Origin: Camelus dromedarius
Lineage: Eukaryota
DNA length: 64,000 bases
Assembly (NCBI RefSeq): GCF_036321535.1
Contig: NC_087472.1
Coordinates: 102,116,001-102,180,000, forward strand
Reading direction: 5' to 3'
The position numbers were made by a program, and so were the translations under genes. Positions 56,786 to 64,000 of the stretch are shown here, piece by piece. The notes under the pieces are model-generated. The model searched no databases. It was not told the origin of the DNA and worked only from the letters and a program-made list of their open reading frames with translations. Within the stretch, counting starts at the first letter, position 1. Each line of letters opens with the position of its first letter.

Positions 56786-58339
56786 CTTCATAGCCACTTG
56801 TATATTTGCTCCTTTCTTTTTAGACAGATGATAAATGACTACATGGGGGGAAAGCCACATGAGTCAGTAATTAATTTCTCCCCCCCAAAAAATGATGTGA
56901 CTTCTGTGACTTCTATCATTTGTCTCTGTTGGAATGGCAAAGACCATCGATATCATGGCAAGTTGGAATAAAACATTTAACTAGAAAGAATAAGAATTAT
57001 GAGATTTTTAATAAAACACCTAAAACATCATAATTTTACACAAGCAAGGGGATCCAAAGCAAAAACAAAACAAAACAAAATAAAGAAACAAACAAACAGA
57101 ACAAAATAGGGCAACTGCCTAAGAGTTGTACAGATGTCTGTCCTGATCTGACAAACTTCTCTGGACACTGTCAACAACCCGAGTCTACCGAGGGCTATGA
57201 AAAATGGCTAATATCTTATCTGCTTCACCATCATACGCACTCTATAGAAAAAGAAACTGAAAACGCCAAAACTCTTCAAATGCACATCTATCACTCCTCC
57301 TGAAATCACTTTCTCTCTTTCCCACGAATAGAAATCTGCTGAGGAAAGCAACATGGAGGCTGCAAGCCCAAGAAAGAGAAGCAGGGAGGCCAAGAGAGAT
57401 GTTACAAGAGGGAGAACTACAGAAGTAGGCATGATTGGCTCGGAGAGGAGCCGAGGATGGCATCCACAACACACGCTATAGGCATGAGAGCCTCATGGGA
57501 AAGAATAAACAATCACACAGTTAGTTGCAAGACATTTTTTTAAACTGCCTGTATCCTGCCTTGACTTCTATCATCTTGCAATGGTTAGAGGAGTGTAACA
57601 GGAGCCTGTGAATAAACCTCCATTTATTAAACATTTCCAGATTTTTTGCAGGATGGGAAGAGCAGATATCTTAAGTAGACATCACAGGAATCATAACGGT
57701 GATGATGATGATGATAGTACTGATATTAACAACAGCTATAATGACCTCCAGGTACTGATGCAGACTTCACACCTAAGGACCACTAAGCACTCAGCTAAGC
57801 CCTGCATCTATGACCCAGCATTATGGGAATTTCTCTTGGGGAATCAACCAAATCAATCTTCATTTGGTCCAAAAACTAAAAACCCTGTGAGGAAAGGCAG
57901 TTTTGAATGTGATTTCGGGCCCTCACATTTAGTTCTCAAACCTCCTCTCAAAACTATTCTGATTCATTATACCAGGTTAATACTCAGCTACTTAAAATAC
58001 AACTTTACCATGTTTACTTCAGAACTAAAGCTTGGTTCAAGTAAATAACCTGGCTCACATTTTTCTGGCTTAGTTTGGCTATACACAAATTTCACCTCTA
58101 GAAGATCAAGAGACTACTTTACTTATTTCACCAAATCTAGTTTTAGGGGGGAAAGGGTGGGAAAAAGATAACTATAGATGTGCCTGGTATCCAGATTTGA
58201 AATGCTGAGCTTCAAAGCAAGTACTAAGTATGAAGAGAAAATGTTATGAAAGCAGATTTTCCAGAGTTTGTAAAGAACAGAGGCTAATGGATTTTATTGT
58301 ACACATGTCCCTACTTATTAACATCTGAAGATCTTTTAC

Positions 58340-58434
58340 CTCCATCCGATTCAAGTCACGGGGTTGTTGGTTTGCTGGCATTGACTCCGAATAAGAATCA
58401 AACAACGTACATTCCCACTTGGGCTTAGGAAAGG
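58340..58434 (-). CDS. REPS2: REPS2 coding exon (probably exon 9)
   Basis: tcttag|CC TTT...ATG GAG|gtaaaa, 95 nt, phase-compatible with the previous exon; AFPKPKWECTLFDSYSESMPANQQPRDLNRME, also seen inside ORF 58244..58489. Confidence 0.96.
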
Positions 58435-58559
58435 CTAAGAAGAAACAAAAAGAATACATAAGAGTACATACTATAGTCAGAGTGGTCATTGTTTCCTATC
58501 AGCTTTTCTGTGCCTACTAAATATATCAAGGAAATTAGCCAGCTCCGAAATACTAGTGA

Positions 58560-58715
58560 TGGCACTAATCACGCGGAGGCAGTATTTTAAGTTCTTTACA
58601 CATACAACCTGGTACTTCACTCATCCCCATTTTACACGTGATGAGACTAAGGAGCAAGGAAGTTAAGCACCTTACTCAAGGTCATAGAGCCAGCAAATAA
58701 AGAGCAGGGACATGA
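58560..58715 (-). mobile_element. MIR SINE fragment
   Basis: catccccattttacacgtgatgagactaagg...gttaagcaccttactcaaggtcatagagc. Confidence 0.7.
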
Positions 58716-59849
58716 ACGGCCAGCAGTCCTACAGGCAGGTCCCTGCCTTCAGCCTTTCACGTTTTAACATAGTCGTCATTTTCCACATGAACCATCACTA
58801 CCACAATACTTCAGTTTTAAGTATGCTACTAGAAAGATTTTTAAACGGCAGCAACTATGGTGATAGTTTTAATACCATATACATTAACTGAGAAAATACT
58901 TCATTTTAGCTATTACTATTGGAAATAGACAAGATTCTACATGTATCGAAGAAAACTTTATGAAATACTCATTTCTTTTGGTTAGCAGGAATAACAAAAA
59001 TAAAAGCACAAGTTCTTGCTGATTTCCAGCAGTGAAATAAGCATTACACTATGGGTTTCTTCCAACACAGTACAGGGACAGGGGCTGTCAGATGGGTGGC
59101 TGAATGGATCAGCGTAAGAAAAGCCATGCTACTGAGTAAGCTAACACACTGAGCACTCACACTATTTCCTAAAATCAGATTCTGTTTCATCACTTTTGTC
59201 ACGAAGTAAGTTTACAAAAAATATCTCAGCAATTAGAAAATTTATCAATATTCCAAACAGGAAAAGCAGTTTGTGGTAGACAATAAACAGCAGCTACAAA
59301 TCAAATTTGTCAAGACCAACTACTAAGAAATCAAAATTTTAATGCCATGTTTAAAAAATTTTTTGAATCAAGTATTAAAAATAGATCAGCATTGTTTTTA
59401 ATCTTTTCTCACCCTCTCATCCCCATCAGAGTTTGAAATGCCAACTCCCCTCTGGGTAAAGTACTGGCCACTAAGTAAGAGCAATCACATGCAACAGAGT
59501 ACAAGTACCTTAAATTGTTCATCTGCTTACTCGGGTCTGAATTTCACTGATAGCAGGTGGGGCAAACCTCGGGCCCTGGTGAGGTGATCTTTCTGAGTAT
59601 ACCTGGTGGTCTCAAGCTTTCCCTGGTAAAAACTCAGCAAAACACTTTTCCAAGCATGCACCGTTCCTCAATTCACCCCAAGAGCAGTTTTAACCAAGAA
59701 AAGACTTCTCTTTCTAGTTTACCTATCAGTGATCTGACTAGAATTATATGACTAATGCTTTATCATGAGGGGTTCTTGCTGTGTAGAAAGCTAAGAATTT
59801 CAAAAACTACAAATGACATCAATTAACTGCTAAATCTCTCTCCTGCATG

Positions 59850-60485
59850 TCCCCATCTCTCCACCCCCACCGTCACTTCCCCAGTGCTAGCCTCCCACGG
59901 CTCCAGACTGGACTGCTGCCATAACCTGCTCTTCTGGTTTCCACCCTCGACCCTCAAAACCTGCTCGCTGGTCGACAACCAGCATGATCATTTCAAACAC
60001 CAAATCTGATTGTGTCACTTTCCTGCTTAAAACACATCAACATCACTGCCCGTGATGTGTTTGTTCCCCACCTTGCTCTTTAGCCTCACCCCAGCCCCTC
60101 CAGCCACTGCTCCCTGTGAACTTTACATGAGTCCCCAGCTCCCAGTGCCCTCTCAGGGAGGGCCTCTGCAGCGCACCTGCTGTCCCCTCTGCCAGGAGCC
60201 TACGCTTCCCCGTTCTTCACTTGCAGCCCTTAGCTCATCCTTCTCGTCTCAGCAAAAACTTTTAAGGAAGTCTCCTCCGTAAAGTGCTGTGTCCTCTGAC
60301 CACAGCTGGACTTCCGTTCAGAGCACCTCTCTCTGGCTCCAATTACCGGTACAGGACTTTAGCTCAGGTCCTCTAACTGCCGGCAAGTTCCATGATGGTA
60401 GGAACGCTCTTTTATACAGCATTCCAACCACAGAGAGTAACACGGGGCCTCTCACACAGTAAGTAACAAATAGATATTTCTAACA
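59850..60485. mobile_element. L2 LINE remnant
   Basis: caaatctgattgtgtcactttcctgcttaaaac and a terminal cacacagtaagtaacaaatagatatt-like L2 3' end. Confidence 0.6.
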
Positions 60486-60736
60486 AACTATAGGTAAAAA
60501 TCAATACCAGAATCCACCCAGTCACCTAGATATGAAAATAACAAAAGCCCAGGGGTAAGCCACCAAATTATACAACTTTTCCTTCCAACTCTGCCCTTTA
60601 ATTTTCACCATTAGGGGAAAATATCAGATACAACAATTCCTGTTTCATTATTTTCTTGAAAATAGGCTTATTTGTGACTGCATGATGGTATCAATCAAAT
60701 TTATATTCTTCACCAATCCTGTCAAAAATTTGATTA

Positions 60737-60919
60737 TGGCCTCTCGCTTCCTGGCCTTTGGAGACAGTCCACACTCAGTCTATGGAGCATCTACTTTTAC
60801 TTTAAACTAAGCACCCAACCCCGCACCTTGTGGCCTGTCTCTCGCCTTCTGAAATGGCCTGCATTCTGTCTATGGAGTGTACATCTCTCTGAATAAATCG
60901 ACTTTTACTCAAAAAAAAA
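60737..60919 (+). mobile_element. Polyadenylated retrocopy of an ERV LTR transcript 3' end
   Basis: LTR-like ctatggagtgtacatctctctgaataaatcgacttttactc directly followed by A9; degenerate TSD aaaaatttgatta / aaaaactggatta. Confidence 0.65.
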
Positions 60920-62575
60920 CTGGATTAGATTTTTTTAAAGGCTCCATATAGATCACCTAGAAAAATGCTGGAACAAGATAAGAGCTAAACTTCTTAAAAA
61001 GCCAAATAGCATACCATAAGAATGAACCCCAAAAATGAACAGGACCACTCATATTTTGCAAAGTCTAAAAGTACAAAGAAGACCTAAATAGCTCTGGCCA
61101 TTTTCCTGAGCCATATACAAAACAAACAAACAAACAAACAAAACATGCATGATAAAGCATTTAAAAGTTAACTACTAAAACTTGAGGATTTGCCTAAAAT
61201 ATACTGTCACTGAGTTTGATGGGGTCTTATGAGGTCTCTCATGTTTTTGGTTAGAATTGTATAATTGTTATTTAAGATTAATCCCACAAGCTCTAGAAAT
61301 GATGTGCAATTCTTGTTTAATCGAAGGGGATGTGATGGATCCTTTGGCTGTTTCTATATAAATGCATGCTGACAACCTCCATAAAAGGCCAAGTAGAAAA
61401 AAAAAGGCCAAGAAGAAAGAGAGGCTTCATTCCAAATGAAGGGAGATGCCCCCTGACAGAGATTCTATTTTTTAGACTCCCCTCTACTGCATAATCAAGG
61501 CAAAAGCAGCCATTTGAGGCAGTAAAGGAATCAATAAGTTACTTCTCTTTTATTAAAACACTTTTTGCTCAGAGTATTCAGATTTTTAAAAAATTTATTA
61601 GTGACTTTTGAAATAGTCCATGAAACATCTGAACACCTAGAAAGTGACTTCTCAAACAAGGAGGCATGACACCTGGCATAAGTTCCAAGGCCATAGTGCA
61701 TCAGAAGAAGAAAACAGAATTAATCAAAATGGAAAGCTAAGTGTGGGAAAAGGAGATAAAGTTACCCAGGACTTTCCCCAGGGCTTGCAAGAGGGAGAGT
61801 GAGTGTATTAAATACAACTAAAGAGCCCAGGAGCAGACCTTGGCCCTTTCGTCAGCTGTCCATCTCCATTAGGGAGAGACAAAGCCCCACGTGACCTCGC
61901 TCCTAGAAGAGAGGGTTCCTGGACGAGCCTGCACTAACTTGGTTATGGGGTCTTTATGGCTAATGACATTTTCTTTAGACACTGCTCCCTTTTGCCAATA
62001 ATCAATAGCTAAGCTCTCATGTTTCAGAGACCCTCCCTAAAAAGTGGGGGCTGATACAAATGTTTGACTCACCATGACTCTTTCCTATCCAAAGGATCTG
62101 GGGATAACTGTTTTAATAACGAGAAAGACAAAGAGAGTTCTATTCCAACTTTCTGGTGTGCTAGAATGTTCTGTATCTTTATCTGATTGCAGTTACATGG
62201 GTATATAAATATGGAAAAAGTCGAGTGTACATTTAAGATTACAACCCTTCACACCTATCAACTGCATGCAATTTTTAAACTTTTTCATTAGGTGTAAGAG
62301 TCCTAGTTCATTCCACTGCCCAAGGCCACTTGGGCACACTGGGACATGCGTAAAGTCACCACTTGGCTCTACAGAAAGATCGTCCTCTTCATTTTTTATC
62401 AGCTGGGGGTTCAGTAGTTGCCTACTCCACAATTTTCATGAAAGGGTAAGTGACCTTGGTTCTAGTCCATCCAGAGAGTACTAGAAGCATCTGGAAACCA
62501 TTTTAAGAAACAGAAGTTTCTTATAAGGTCTGTATGGAAAATGCCTAAGGTTTAGGATCTATGATGAGGCCTTAC

Positions 62576-62718
62576 CTGCTTGCAGGTACTCCGGCTGCAG
62601 AGTTGGAGGCAGGCCCTCAGGCAGTGGGTAGCCATTCTTCCGGGCCACAATGAGATGAAACGCAGCACAAAACTCAGGCAGGGTCAGGGCTCCATCGCAG
62701 TCAGCATCACTAAGTTCC
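62576..62718 (-). CDS. REPS2: REPS2 internal coding exon (probably exon 8), C-terminal half of the EH domain
   Basis: tttag|G GAA CTT...CAA GCA G|gtaagg, 143 nt; translates (W)[47 protein letters not shown], an EF-hand/EH signature matching REPS2 as recalled. Confidence 0.97.
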
Positions 62719-64000
62719 CTAAACATAGCAGATGTCATGAGTTCCTAACACAGTGTTAGAGGAAAACTTACTCAGCCTCAAACATGCAAACACAACTCCC
62801 AGGCTCTCTGGTGGGGGCTCTGCAGGGTCCCCAAACCCATATAAAATCTCAGGGGGCCATATGGAGGAAGCAAAATTGACAGCACTGTCGTGAGTAGCAC
62901 TTTATAAATAAAAAATTTAAATTCTTCAGGTTTTCTCTTAGATCTATATTACAACAGAGTACACAAGACAAAAAAGCATAGCACAAAAACAAAAATGATG
63001 CCCAGAATTGCACAGTTAGTTGACACTCATTCGTTGTGTGAAAAGCTCTGGCCTTGGTGCTCAAAACAGTCAGACAAAGGGCTGGCCCTGGCCCCGGCCC
63101 TTTTACCGTTGTGCTGGCCAACAGATAATTCAGTTACCCGAGCTCAGATACAAGCGCTTCATTTTTCAGCTGTAAGAAAAAACCTTGAACGTTTCAAGTC
63201 ACATAAATGTATCAAAAATTTGCGTGAGAATTCCCTCCTGGGAAAATACAAGTAAGCTTAATAAATACTGGTTGAATTATGTTTTCAGATAAAACTAGCA
63301 ACTAGGGAAGGTTGGAATCAGATAAGATGGAAAGGAAGAAAGGGAGAGCCTTGAAAAGGCTTATCTTCACTTCACCCATTGTTTCCCATGGAAAAGCACA
63401 GACCTATTTGCCAACGTAACTAAGACCCCATGAGCTTAGTCTCTTAGGTGCAGAGACAAGTCTACTTGTGTTAGGACAAGTAGAGGAAGGAGACATACAC
63501 TATCAGAGTAGAAAGGGGTTACTATTTAAAAAAAAAAAAAAACTATGGAAGGTAAGCTCCGTAACTTTCCTTTACACCCTTCACATCCTCCTCCCCCACC
63601 ATGAATATTTAGAAAGCACCAGCTCCCCAGGGTGAGGAGCCAGGGAACTGTTCCAAACCTGGATGGAGAGAATACTATAGAGCTTACATGGATATGTCTC
63701 TACAAAAAGATAGGATCCCTCATGCCAATGTTAAGACTGGAAATTCTGCCAAAATAGATTATATTCTTTACAAAATGAAAATTTCTCTTTTTTTCCTAGC
63801 TTTAAAGCCTAATAAGGCTTGTTGTTCAAAAAACTATGCTGGAATATATTGCTGTAGAACCTAAATTCAGCTCAGAATCCCACATACATCGGCATTCACA
63901 AATGTCAATGGAATAGATTTCCAGTAAGATGCACAAAACATAACAAGCAATTTTAAAGTCTATTATAATTTTTTTAAATCCTCATGAAAAAAAGTTTTAC

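Noticed and set aside
57608..58048. 146-aa ORF with a poly-Asp run
   Set aside because: GTG start, (GAT)n repeat, intronic and antisense; no homology recognised

Overview
Mammalian genomic DNA, AT-rich and L1-dense. It is probably camelid: the young L1 3' UTRs resemble alpaca/camel types as I recall them, and I saw no Alu, B1/B2, Bov-A/BovB, PRE1 or Can-SINE. The whole window lies inside REPS2 (POB1) on the minus strand. Seven internal GT-AG coding exons (143, 95, 70, 54, 46, 137 and 62 nt; probably exons 8-14 by recalled human numbering) splice in one frame. They encode the end of the EH domain, a linker and the proline-rich SH3/14-3-3-binding region; neither start nor stop is in the window. 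The introns hold nested L1s (several with target-site duplications, TSDs), an ERV1 solo LTR inside a MIR, MIR/L2 remnants, MER2/MER5/MER63-type DNA transposons and microsatellites. The most unusual structure is a perfect 97-bp inverted copy of nearby unique DNA, joined to (AT)32 and inserted into an old L1 3' UTR. Also notable are a twin-primed 5'-inverted L1, a polyadenylated retrocopy of an LTR transcript end, a CLEAR/UPRE motif overlap, and candidate recursive-splice and poison-exon sites. I found no prokaryotic-type systems and no novel protein-coding gene. Repeat family names and most repeat boundaries are by eye and approximate.
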